Assembly (NCBI GenBank): GCA_963733375.1
Contig: CAVTDB010000013.1
Coordinates: 78,658 to 142,657 of the forward strand
Direction of reading: 5' to 3'
Length of the DNA stretch: 64,000 bases
From: Nitrospirota bacterium
Lineage (GTDB): Bacteria > Nitrospirota > JACRHJ01
Shown here: piece after piece, positions 41,737-51,875 of the stretch
Layout: each line of letters opens with the position of its first letter
How positions within the stretch are numbered: position 1 is the stretch's first letter
The notes under the pieces: generated by a model
What the model saw: the letters and a program-made list of their open reading frames with translations, nothing else
Told to the model about the DNA's origin: nothing
The model's database searches: none
Program-made: the position numbers and the translations under genes

Positions 41737-42615
41737 TTGGAAGACCGTAAAATAGAAGAATCACAGAAGAAAAACGAGGAGGGCCGGGAACTCCTTATGA
41801 AGCGCGAATACAGAAAGGCCAGGCAGGCATTCGATGAGGCGATACGTCTGGACCCGAAAAACGCCCGCGCCCATTCGGGGAAGGCAAACGCGCTGTTCGG
41901 GCTTGAGGAGCTTGAGAAGGCCGTCAAGGAAATGGAGAAGGCGCTGGAGCTTGCGCCGGACGATAAGGAAATACTGGACAACTACGGCGCGTATCTCTTC
42001 AACATGGGCAAGCACAAAGAGGCGCTGGGCGTGGCCGAGCGTTTGACTGACATGATGCCTGACGATGCGGATGCATGGTTCAAGCTCGCCTCCGTTCGGG
42101 AAGAGCTGGGCGAAATGGACGCCGCGCTGGAGGCGTATGACAAGTCGCTCGCGCTGGAGCCGGATTTCCTGGACGCGCTGAAGGACAAGGCGGCGCTCCT
42201 TGAGAAGGCGGGCAGGCTTCCGGAGGCGGCGGAGGTATTTAAAGTCGCGGCCGAAAAAGCCCCGACCGTAGCTTTTTTCCAGAACTGCATCGGCCAGATA
42301 ATGGGGCGCTTAAATAAGTTCGACGAGGCGCTCGCGGCGTTCGAGAAGGCGGAGGTTGCCGACCCCGAAGGCGAGTACGCCAAGAACGGAAAGGCGGCGG
42401 CGCTTGCGAAACTGGGCAGGCTCGACGAGGCGCTCGCGGCGTTCGAGGACAGGATCCGGCTGAATAAGGACGACCCCTTCGCGTGGGACGGAAAGTCCTT
42501 CGTCCTGAAAACCATGGGGCGTAAGGAAGAGTCCGACACGGCCAAGTCGGAGGCGATAAGGCTTTTCCGCATTCTCGACAGCAATGACCATGGGACGTTC
42601 AGTTCTAAAGAATAA
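41737..42615 (+). CDS. Tetratricopeptide repeat protein
   Basis: Multiple 34-aa TPR units. Confidence 0.85.
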   Translation: MEDRKIEESQKKNEEGRELLMKREYRKARQAFDEAIRLDPKNARAHSGKANALFGLEELEKAVKEMEKALELAPDDKEILDNYGAYLFNMGKHKEALGVAERLTDMMPDDADAWFKLASVREELGEMDAALEAYDKSLALEPDFLDALKDKAALLEKAGRLPEAAEVFKVAAEKAPTVAFFQNCIGQIMGRLNKFDEALAAFEKAEVADPEGEYAKNGKAAALAKLGRLDEALAAFEDRIRLNKDDPFAWDGKSFVLKTMGRKEESDTAKSEAIRLFRILDSNDHGTFSSKE

Positions 42616-42724
42616 ACCGTTACCTTTTTGGAAAAAGGTAACGCCAAAAACTTTTGGACAGGTTTAACCAGTCCAGCTTTCTTTTGTGTTACTTTTCTTT
42701 CTCGAAAGAAAAGTAACGACTTTA
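42613..42724. repeat. AT-rich inverted doublet (type2+type1)
   Basis: Begins on the TPR gene TAA, ends GTAACGACTTTA adjoining the lemA RBS. Confidence 0.92.
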
Positions 42725-42734
42725 GGAGAATCCT

Positions 42735-43311
42735 ATGAGTAAAGGTCTGATTGCGGCGTTAGCTGTACTGGGCGCGATTGTTCTGGTCGTGCTTATGGTA
42801 GGCGGCAGCGTGATCGCCACCCGGAACCGCCTGGTCACGATGGACGAGGCAATAAACGGGCAGTGGAGCCAGGTGGAAAACCAGACTGCAGAGACGAAAC
42901 GACCTCATCCCGAACCTTGTCAATACCGTTAAAGGTTATGCCTCGCACGAAAAAGAGATATTCGAGAACATTGCCGCGGCGCGGGCGAAGATGGCGGGGG
43001 CCAGGACTAAAGACGACACCATAGACGGCGCAAACCAGATGAGCGGGGCGCTCTCCAGGCTGCTGATGGTGGTGGAGAGGTATCCGGACTTAAAGGCCAA
43101 CCAGAACTTCTCCCAGCTCATGGACGAGCTGGCGGGGACTGAGAACAGGCTTTCCGTCGAGCGCAAGCGCTACAACGACCTCGTCCGCGACTACAACGCA
43201 TCGCTAAGACGGTTCCCGGACAATATGATCGCCTCAATGTTCAACCTGCACCCTGCGACGTATTTCAAGGTGCCCGAGGAAGCGAAGGCGGTGCCGAAGG
43301 TGCAATTTTAA
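42735..43311 (+). CDS. lemA: LemA family protein (frameshift ~42885)
   Basis: [42 protein letters not shown]. Confidence 0.92.
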
Positions 43312-43812
43312 ATGGGAAAGGTGGCGATATATCCCGGCACGTTCGACCCTATAACCAACGGACACGTGGATTTAATCAGACGTTCCCTGACCCTTTTCGA
43401 TAAGGTCATAGTCGCCGTCGCCCCAAGCCCCAAGAAGAAACCCCTCTTCTCCGCGAAGGAGCGGGTGAAGATGATACGGGAAGCGACGGCAAACCTGGGC
43501 GATCGAGTCGAGGTGGAGCTTTTCGAGGGCTTGCTTGCCGAACATGTCAAGCGAAAAGGTGCAAACGTCGTGGTTCGTGGACTCCGGGCGGTCTCGGATT
43601 TCGAGTTCGAACTGCAGATGGCCCTGATGAACAGGCGGCTCTCCGACCAGGTGGAGACGGTCTTCATGATGCCTTCAGAGGAATATTCCTACACTTCTTC
43701 AACGGTCATAAAGGAAGTCGCCGCCCTGGGCGGCGACGTCTCCGGACTGGTGCCGGACTGCATACTGCCCTACCTTAAGAAGCACCTGGTCCCCAAATGC
43801 AGGGTAAAATAA
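43312..43812 (+). CDS. coaD: Pantetheine-phosphate adenylyltransferase
   Basis: YPGTFDPITNGH, RGLRAVSDFEFE. Confidence 0.97.
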   Translation: MGKVAIYPGTFDPITNGHVDLIRRSLTLFDKVIVAVAPSPKKKPLFSAKERVKMIREATANLGDRVEVELFEGLLAEHVKRKGANVVVRGLRAVSDFEFELQMALMNRRLSDQVETVFMMPSEEYSYTSSTVIKEVAALGGDVSGLVPDCILPYLKKHLVPKCRVK

Positions 43813-43867
43813 CACTTTTCTAATACTCCGGTGGGAGTTTTTCCCCGCTTTCCATAATAAAAATATT

Positions 43868-44908
43868 CTAGTCGAAAACCACTACCGCCTTTAGCGACTC
43901 GCCCGCCTTCGCGGTCAGCCGGAATGCCTCCCCGGCGTCCTTCAGGGGGAATTTATGCGTGATGATTTTATCCGCCGGGACTGCACCTTCGGAGATTAGT
44001 CTTAGCGCTTCGCGAGTGTCGTCGGGGCCGCAGGAGTAGCTCTGGACGATGGTTATCTCTTGAAAATACAGCCTGTTCGGCTCGATTTGCAAAATATCGC
44101 CCGGCGGCGGCGGGGTGAAAAATAAAACAGTCGCACCCGGCGCGGCGCACGATATACCCTGGGCCATCGCGGGGATGCTCCCCGGCCCCACTACCACCCT
44201 GTCCGCCCCGCCCCCCCCGCCGTCTCCGTCGCCAAATAGCTCCGTCAGCCGCTCTTTCGCATTTTCCCGCCTTACGTCCACAACTTCGTGCGCACCGATT
44301 TCAAGCGCCTTCTGAAGGCGGTACGGCACCATGTCCAGGCCGATTACCTTCGACGCCCCCATGTGCCTCGCTAACACCACGAAGAGCGCGCCCATGACGC
44401 CGAGGCCGATTACCAGCACCTTATCGCCGGGCTTCACGCCAAGCCGCCGCATCCCTTTCACCACGCAGGCCAGCGGCTCGACAAGCGTTCCGGCCAGATA
44501 GTCCACCTCCGGGGGTAGTTTCAAGGTGTCCTGCTTCAGGTTTATGGCGGGGATTTTTACATACTCGGCCAGGCCTCCCGGGAAGATGCGCGAGCGCTTC
44601 CATGTCTCGCACAAGACGTAATCGCCGCGGTCGCAGTAATGGCAGCTCATGCACGGCGCGTGGTGGTGGACGAATACCGGGTCGCCTATCTGAAAATCCG
44701 TAACTCCTTCACCCAGCGCGACAATCTCCCCGGCCGGCTCGTGCCCAAGGACCAGTGGCGCCTTCTTCTCGATGTACCACGGCATCACGTCGCCTGAGCA
44801 TATGCCGCAGGCCTTCATCCTGATAAGCGCCTCACCACGCTCCACCTCCGGGACGCGCCAATCCTCTATGCGGATGTCGTTAAAGCTATGTAATACGGCG
44901 ACTTTCAT
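43868..44908 (-). CDS. Zinc-dependent alcohol dehydrogenase family
   Basis: CGICSGD, GHE, structural Zn Cys cluster, GLGVMG. Confidence 0.9.
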   Translation of the reverse strand: MKVAVLHSFNDIRIEDWRVPEVERGEALIRMKACGICSGDVMPWYIEKKAPLVLGHEPAGEIVALGEGVTDFQIGDPVFVHHHAPCMSCHYCDRGDYVLCETWKRSRIFPGGLAEYVKIPAINLKQDTLKLPPEVDYLAGTLVEPLACVVKGMRRLGVKPGDKVLVIGLGVMGALFVVLARHMGASKVIGLDMVPYRLQKALEIGAHEVVDVRRENAKERLTELFGDGDGGGGGADRVVVGPGSIPAMAQGISCAAPGATVLFFTPPPPGDILQIEPNRLYFQEITIVQSYSCGPDDTREALRLISEGAVPADKIITHKFPLKDAGEAFRLTAKAGESLKAVVVFD

Positions 44909-44909
44909 C

Positions 44910-45068
44910 TCACCTGTATCTACGGTTTATTTCCGCCCCGACATACCAGCCGACGCCGCTCCCGACGAGGCTGACTATTATTGCGGTAGTTGTCCCGATG
45001 AGATCGCCAAGCCACCAGCCCATCCACCCGCCAAGCGTCGAGGTCATTAAGGTAAGAAGAGTTTGCAA
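44910..45068 (-). CDS. 52-aa two-TM membrane protein
   Basis: TTG start; ...LGGWMGWWLG...SLVGSGVGWYVG; below the ORF-track size cutoff. Confidence 0.65.
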   Translation of the reverse strand: MQTLLTLMTSTLGGWMGWWLGDLIGTTTAIIVSLVGSGVGWYVGAEINRRYR

Positions 45069-45083
45069 AAAAGAGTCCCTTTC

Positions 45084-46707
45084 CTAAGACTTCCTTTTAA
45101 AAATCATACAGCTGGGTTCGGAGCCCGGCGAATACCCGCTGGCGTCATCCCCCCAACGATAGACGGTCCCGTTTTGGAGGATAACGGCGACACCGTCCAG
45201 TTCATAATTTTGAGTCAGATAGGTTTTTGCCCAGTTAAAAATCATGGTTTGCGAATCCGGCCGAACCAGCCATGAGGTACTTACGTTAACCATCACAATG
45301 AATTTAGGTTTATTGGCTTCTATTTCCCTGGCCAATTCCTGCTGCATGAGGAGGGAATACTTCTGGTTTTCCATCAAGCCATACATGTAAATATGGCCAG
45401 TCGCCGAAATCCGGTCGGCATAAAAGAATATTTCCGGCTCCGAACCAAGTACCGCAATGTAATCGGCCGCCGAGGTCCGTTCTTTTATATACTTTGCTAT
45501 TGTATACGCTTCTGGAAACGGGTTGGCTCCATAGAGTATGCGGCTTGCCTCGGTCGGCCCTACAACAAAGAAAAACTCCCTTTCCGCATAAACACTGTAG
45601 CAGATTACCGTAATAAGTATCAATCCCGGAATAACCTTTGAATAAACCATTGCGTTCCAGCGCATCAACAGATTCCTTGTCGAACAGACGGCTATGCCGC
45701 TCAGCAGAGCGACAGCCGGGAGTAGCAGCACAAAATAATGTTCACGAAAATAAAAGCCCGGACAGATTGCCAGAAAGGAAAAAACGGCAAAGCCCCCGGA
45801 AAATTGTCTGGCCTTCTTCGGGGTAAGGTTTACAAACAAAAAAATTGTCCCGACGCCCGCCAGGGCCCATAACAAAAAAGACTGGCGTGTTATTAAATAT
45901 GCCTGCGATAAAAAGATCTGGGCCCCCATGTCGGGGGAAACGGAAGATGCATATTCACTCGCGTATTTAAAAGTCCAGAACCAGTATTTGCCGAATACTC
46001 CGCACATTAACATGAAAAGGCTGAAAAATGAGAAAGGGATTACCAGAACCTGCCAGAAATAAAACTACACTGCCCGCGGTCCGGCGAAATTCTTTGAATA
46101 GCTTTTCCCTCTCTACCCATAGTAGATACATCAGCGCAAATAGCGCAAAGAATACCCCATGCTGTTTCATGAGAAAAGCCAGGCCGAACAACAAGCCGCT
46201 CCAGAGATAGAGGCTCATCCGCCTGGAATTTACGGCTTTAAACAAAACCAGGTATCCCGCGAGGGCGAAAAATATGACGAAATTAGTCGCATGGGCAAAA
46301 ACGCCGAGAACTTCGGGGCCAAGGGAGAGCACCGCAAAAACCGCCGCCGCGGACAAGCCGGCTACCCGGTCGAACAGGCTTTTGGCCAGCAGATAAACCA
46401 TTATGATGGTCAGGGCGTTTACGATGAGCAGGCCCAGATGGATCGCGGACGCCGACTGGCCGAAGACCAGCATAAACAACGCGTACAAAACTGAGACGCC
46501 GGGGAGCTTCATGGTGTATGCGTGGACAAAAGGAGGTATGCCCCGGAGGATAAGCTGGGCAAAATACGCGAATTCACCCTCGTCCCGTTCAAGCGGGACC
46601 GGCAACAGGCGGACCCTGACGATCGAGGTAAATAATAAAATTATAAATAGGGCCGCGTAATCCAGGTAATTTTTAACGGGGCTGGCGTTTGGTTGATTGA
46701 CGGCCAT
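45084..46707 (-). CDS. ArnT/PMT-type (GT-C) glycosyltransferase (frameshift ~46030)
   Basis: PLERDEGE.AY, K.PG, LAFL.KQ, HYF; multiple TM helices. Confidence 0.82.
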
Positions 46708-46785
46708 AATATACCTCAAAAAACGTCGCGATTACATGCCTGGAAGAACCAAACCCCGCTTGTAGAGGTGGGGCGTTAAATATTT

Positions 46786-47260
46786 CTACCCCTGCTCCTT
46801 ATGCCGGCTGCGGACGGCGCGCTCCACTTCGCGCTTTGCCTCTTTCTCTTTGAGGCTCTCGCGGACGTCGTAGAGTTTTTTGCCCTTGGCTAGGCCTATC
46901 TCGACCTTGGCCTTGTTTCCCTTGAAATATAGCTTGAGCGGGATGAGCGTGTATCCCTTCAGGGTGAGCGAACCCTGGAGACTTTTGATCTCTTTTTTGT
47001 GCAGGAGCAGTTTTCTCGTGCGCTCGGGGTCTAGGTTCCAGATGTTCCCGTGAGAATATGGCGAGATGTGACAGCCGATAAGCCAGGCTTCTTCACCCTT
47101 TATCTGGACATATGAGTCCTTCAGCCTGCGCGCGCCCCTCCCGGAGGGACTTCACCTCCGTCCCGGCAAGGGCAAGACCTGCCTCCAGAGTCTCCTCTAT
47201 GAAGAAGTCGTGATAGGCCTTCCTGTTTGAAGTTACGAGCTTGAAATCGTCTTTCGGCAT
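46786..47260 (-). CDS. smpB: SsrA-binding protein (one extra base ~47125)
   Basis: Read manually: [54 protein letters not shown]; absent from ORF track. Confidence 0.93.
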
Positions 47261-47390
47261 AAGGGAAATTTAACACAGGGGGAAGATTTTATAAAGAGGT
47301 AAATACAGATGGGGGGAATGGTCTCACGTGCAGAGGCCCCGCCAATAGTGGCGAGGCCCTGTCAAAACCCACCGAGATGTCAGTGCCGGA

Positions 47391-47984
47391 TTACGCCGCC
47401 AGAGGCATTCCTCCGGCAAGTTCGCCTTCTTTTTTGTCCTGCGACATGACGGAAAGGGCCAGCCAGGTTAGTCCTTCGACCGCGTCCCCGCCGAGCCGGA
47501 GCGATTTTCTGAAGCTCACCTGGGCTTCGCCGAACCTGCCCAGGGCCATCAGGCAACGCGCCTTCTGGTAATGTCCCGCACCGTCCCACGGCGCGCGGGC
47601 CAGATAGCCGTCAAGGACTTTTATGGCGTCAGCAGGTTTTCCGGATTTATAAAGACAGGCGCCTTTAATAAGCATAAAGAAGGGCGTTTCGGGGCAGGTT
47701 TTTATTGCTTCCAGGCATTTAAGGTACTCCTCCGAAAGCAGGAGCGACGCGGCGAACATTTTCTTGTACTTGGTAGACGCCGGCTTCAGGGAGCAGGCCT
47801 TCTCAAAATCGGAGGCGGCTTTTTTGTTCATCGAAAGGAGCATATATGCTTTTCCGCGGAGGTAGAAAAATTCAGGCAGGGTCTTTCCACGGTCAATCTC
47901 TTTAGTTAAGACGCAGACTGCATTTGAGCATTTAATGGCATTGAAACGCTTGATCTTAGAGAATTGAGTACTCATGGACAACAC
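47391..47984 (-). CDS. TPR-like protein
   Basis: Helical repeats FYLRGKAY...A..DFEKA; ends LAA. Confidence 0.6.
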   Translation of the reverse strand: MLSMSTQFSKIKRFNAIKCSNAVCVLTKEIDRGKTLPEFFYLRGKAYMLLSMNKKAASDFEKACSLKPASTKYKKMFAASLLLSEEYLKCLEAIKTCPETPFFMLIKGACLYKSGKPADAIKVLDGYLARAPWDGAGHYQKARCLMALGRFGEAQVSFRKSLRLGGDAVEGLTWLALSVMSQDKKEGELAGGMPLAA

Positions 47985-48090
47985 CTCGTCTTTAGGATGT
48001 GGAGAGAACTATGCCCGATTGGATTTTAGGCGCTCCTTTTTAATATAGCATTAAAAACCGCCCTGTCAAATTTGAGGGCCTTTTTCTTCG

Positions 48091-49654
48091 TTATTCCCAT
48101 TCGATAGTGGCGGGCGGCTTACTGGAAATATCGTAGCAGACGCGGTTTACGCCCTTGATTTCGTTGATTATGCGGTTCGATATGGCCCCCAGGAGTTCGT
48201 AGGGGAGGTGCACCCAGTCGGCGGTCATGCCGTCCTTTGAGTGTACGGCCCGAAGCGCCACGACGCTCTCGTATGTGCGCTCGTCTCCCATCACACCCAC
48301 CGTTTGTATCGGCAGGAGCACGGCAAACGACTGCCATATCTCCCTGTAAAGCCCCGCCTTCTTTATCTCGTCCAGGACGATTGCGTCCGCCTCCCGGAGG
48401 ACCTCCAGCCGTTCCTTCGTCACCTCGCCCAGTATCCTTATGGCAAGGCCCGGCCCGGGGAAAGGCTGCCGCCAGATGATATCTTCCGGCAGGCCCAGTT
48501 CCGCTCCCAGCTCACGTACCTCGTCCTTGAACAGCTCCCGGAGCGGCTCGACGAGCTTCAGCTTCATCTTCTCCGGCAGGCCGCCGACGTTATGGTGGCT
48601 CTTTATTATCGCCGACGGCCCCTTGAACGATACGCTTTCTATAACGTCCGGATAGAGCGTCCCCTGCGCCAGGTATTCCGCGCCGTCGATTTTGACCGCC
48701 TCGGCGTCGAATATGTCGATGAAAGTGTTCCCGATGATCTTGCGCTTTTTCTCCGGGTCTTCCACTCCCGCAAGCCGGGACAAAAACGTCTCCGAGACGT
48801 CCACGTATATGAGTTGAAGGCCCATCGTGGAAAGAGTCTGCCGGACTCGCTCCGCCTCGCCCTTCCTCAGCACCCCGTTATTTACGAATATGCAGGTAAG
48901 CTGGTTCTCCTATGGCCTTATGGACGAGAGCGGCGACGACGGTGGAGTCCACGCCGCCTGAGAGGGCGCAGATCACATTTTTGCTTCCGACCTGCTTTTT
49001 GATTATGTCCACGGAATATTCGATAAAAGACGCCATCGTCCAGGACGGCGTGCAGCCGCAAATGGCCAGGAAGTTCTTCAGTATCTGGAAGCCCTGCGGG
49101 GTATGGGCGACCTCCGGATGGAACTGCACCCCGAAGAATTTTTTTGAATGGTCCGCCATGGCGGCGGTGGGCGAATTATCGGTATGGGCAATGACGGAGA
49201 ACCCGTCCGGCATCTTCTCGATCCTGTCTCCGTGGCTCATCCAGACAATGGTGGTGTTCTCAGGCGAGTCGCCCGTGCCGCCTGCATATTTCAGGAGGTC
49301 GCTTTCGTCGTCAAGCGCCAGTTCCGCCCTGCCGTACTCGCGTTTATTCGCTTTCGCGACGATCCCGCCCAGAAGGTGGGTCAAAAGCTGCATACCGTAA
49401 CATATTCCCAGCACCGGCACGCCAAGTTCCAGGTGGTCTCTGCCGATTAACGGCGCGCCTGCGTCATAAACGCTCGACGGCCCGCCGGAGAGGATTATGC
49501 CCTTGGGGTTGAATTCCTTTATCTTTTCCATGCCCGCGTTGTAGGGGAATATCTCGCAATAGACCTTAGCCTCACGCACGCGACGCGCGATAAGCTGGGT
49601 GTACTGCGAGCCGAAGTCCAGGACTAAAACTTTTTGCTGATGAATGTCGGACAA
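48091..49654 (-). CDS. guaA: GMP synthase (frameshift ~48895)
   Basis: [49 protein letters not shown]. Confidence 0.97.
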
Positions 49655-49817
49655 TTTTATCTCCCTTTAAAGCGTTGACGGGGAAAAGAAGCTTCATTCA
49701 TAAAATCGTCTAGTTATTTTAACAGTTAGCCGGTGGCGTTTCAAGGCAAATCAATTTCATAGCTCCTCCTGCCCCTGCCGCTTATCTTAATAGCGCGGGG
49801 ACGAGAGAGGGCGCAAT

Positions 49818-49847
49818 AAAAAAAAGGCGCCGCGTATACGGCGCCTT
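49818..49847 (-). terminator. Intrinsic terminator downstream of rpsU
   Basis: AAGGCGCCG...CGGCGCCTTTTTTTT on minus strand. Confidence 0.8.
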
Positions 49848-49925
49848 CATAATTTTCAACCTGAGGGATTCTTGCTGCCGAAATCGCCGGCAACCCGAAA
49901 ATAGATTTACATGAACCCCGGCCCC

Positions 49926-50102
49926 TTACTTTTTCCCGGCCCTCTTCTTGCGGGCCTCCTGCTGTTTCCTCTTTTTCTTTACGGACGGTTTCTCGTAGAA
50001 CTTCCGTTTCTTCAGTTCCTTGAGGAGTCCCTCCTTGGCCATCTGGCGCTTGAGGATTTTAAGCGCCTTCTCGACCTGTCCGTCGTGTACTTTAACTTCC
50101 AG
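49926..50102 (-). CDS. rpsU: 30S ribosomal protein S21 (CTG start)
   Basis: EVKVHDGQVEKALKILKRQMAKEGLLKELKKRKFYEKPSVKKKRK; absent from ORF track. Confidence 0.92.
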   Translation of the reverse strand: MEVKVHDGQVEKALKILKRQMAKEGLLKELKKRKFYEKPSVKKKRKQQEARKKRAGKK

Positions 50103-50308
50103 GCTTAATCACCCCAATTCGGATTTGATTTAAAGGTTCGTCGGGAAAATGAAGGGACTGCCCCGACCGCATACGTGCCCATCTGCCCGGAAGAATGTCC
50201 ACTTCCAGAGTATCGTAATGTTTAGCATGGAAGTTAAGTAACTGTCAAGTTATTTTTGTGGTTGCGCTATCCACATACCCCGCCATATATACATTGCGCG
50301 AAGCGGGC

Positions 50309-51685
50309 CTAAGAAAGTTTGGCTTCGGAGAGCTCTATCCCCAGGGCGGCGATTTTCCTGTGCAGGTTGCTCCGCTCGATCTTCAGCACCTCTGCGGTGC
50401 GGGAGATGTTCCAGTCGTTCTCACGGAGCTTGCGCAGTATGAAGTCCCTCTCGAACGCGCTTCTGGCCTCCCGCAGCGATTCATATGAGCCGTATGCGCC
50501 GCCGTTTTCCGCGCAGGACGCGGGCGGGGCCGTTATCGGCGGCGGCACATGGCAGGCGTCTATCTCGCTGCCCGGCGTCATAATCACCAGCCGCTCGATT
50601 ATGTTCTTCATCTCCCGGACGTTGCCCGGCCACAGGTAGCCCGCGAAAAACCGCATCGCCTCCTGAGAAGTTTTCTTGACCCTGCTCCCGTACTCGGCGG
50701 CAAACTCGCCCAGGAAGTACTCGACCAGAAGCGGTATGTCCTCGCGCCGTTCGCGCAAAGGTGGGACCTCGATGGGTATGACGTTCAAGCGGTAGTATAA
50801 ATCCTCGCGGAAGCGGCCAGCCGCTATTTCATTTTCTAATATCTTATTGGATGCTGCGATTACCCGAACGTCCACCTTTATCGTCTTCGTTCCGCCTACC
50901 CTCTGTATCTCCTGTTCCTGGAGCGCGCGCAGGACTTTCGCCTGGGTACTGAGGCTCATGTCCGCGATCTCGTCAAGGAATATCGTGCCGCAGTGGGCCA
51001 GCTCGAACTTGCCTTTCCTCTGGGCGATGGCCCCGGTGAAGGAGCCTTTTTCGTGGCCGAAAAGCTCCGACTCGATCAGCTCTTCCGGGATGGCGGCGCA
51101 GTTGACCGTCACGAACGGACCCGCCGGGCGCAGCGATAATTTATGTATGGCGCGCGCGACGAGTTCCTTGCCGGTGCCGTTCTCGCCGAAGATGAGCACG
51201 CGGCCGTTGGTCGGACCGGCGAGCATAATCTGCTCCCGGAGCACCTTTATCCTGGGCGATTCGCCGATTATCTGTGAGTTTCCCTCGACCTTCTCCTTTA
51301 AGCTCCGGTTCTCCTCTTCGAGGCGGGATTTTTCCAGCGCGTTCTTCACGGTAAGAGAGAGCTTGTCGAGCGAGAGCGGCTTCTCTATGAAGTCGTACGC
51401 GCCAAGGCGCACGGCCTTCACCGCCGTGTCGATGCTCCCGTGCCCGGACATCACGATAACGGGCAGCCGCGGGGAGATGTCGCGCATCCTCTTGAGCGCC
51501 TCCAGGCCGTCCATCCCCGGCATCCAGACGTCAAGGAGGACAAGGTCCGGCAGCGTGTCCTTCATGGCTTTAAGCGCCTCCGTCCCGCCTTCGGCGGCGG
51601 ACACTTCATATCCCTCGTCCATGAGGATGTCACGGACGGACTGGCGGATTGCTTTTTCGTCGTCAACTATCAGGATGTGTGACAT
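50309..51685 (-). CDS. ntrX: Sigma-54-type response regulator NtrX
   Basis: REC domain, GENGTGKE, ELFGHEKGSFTGA, Fis HTH; downstream of NtrY-like kinase. Confidence 0.88.
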   Translation of the reverse strand: MSHILIVDDEKAIRQSVRDILMDEGYEVSAAEGGTEALKAMKDTLPDLVLLDVWMPGMDGLEALKRMRDISPRLPVIVMSGHGSIDTAVKAVRLGAYDFIEKPLSLDKLSLTVKNALEKSRLEEENRSLKEKVEGNSQIIGESPRIKVLREQIMLAGPTNGRVLIFGENGTGKELVARAIHKLSLRPAGPFVTVNCAAIPEELIESELFGHEKGSFTGAIAQRKGKFELAHCGTIFLDEIADMSLSTQAKVLRALQEQEIQRVGGTKTIKVDVRVIAASNKILENEIAAGRFREDLYYRLNVIPIEVPPLRERREDIPLLVEYFLGEFAAEYGSRVKKTSQEAMRFFAGYLWPGNVREMKNIIERLVIMTPGSEIDACHVPPPITAPPASCAENGGAYGSYESLREARSAFERDFILRKLRENDWNISRTAEVLKIERSNLHRKIAALGIELSEAKLS

Positions 51686-51686
51686 G

Positions 51687-51800
51687 TTAAGACTGCTTCC
51701 ATTTTAGAGATGGTTTTTTTTGAGAGGCGCTGTTCTGCCTTTTCACTTTTGTTGCGTAAGGATTCTTTTTGCCTTTTGAAAAATCGTATTCTCTTCTCAT
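51687..51800 (-). pseudogene. Internally deleted BrnA-like antitoxin
   Basis: MRREYDFSKGKKNPYATKVKRQ joined to SASQKKPSLKW; central RHH part missing. Confidence 0.65.
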
Positions 51801-51875
51801 ATGTTTAGCCGTTTCCGTCGTCAACGATTAGGATGTGGGACAATTAAAATTCTTGCAAAACTGTTTCTGATTTCA

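Noticed and set aside
46720-47400. tmRNA near smpB (hairpin at ~47335-47360; LAA ending at 47391)
   Set aside because: No tRNA-like GGGG..GAC 5' end or TΨC/CCA 3' end found; LAA belongs to the TPR ORF
51030-51065. GSFTGA instead of GAFTGA in NtrX
   Set aside because: Common natural variant of the sigma54-contact loop
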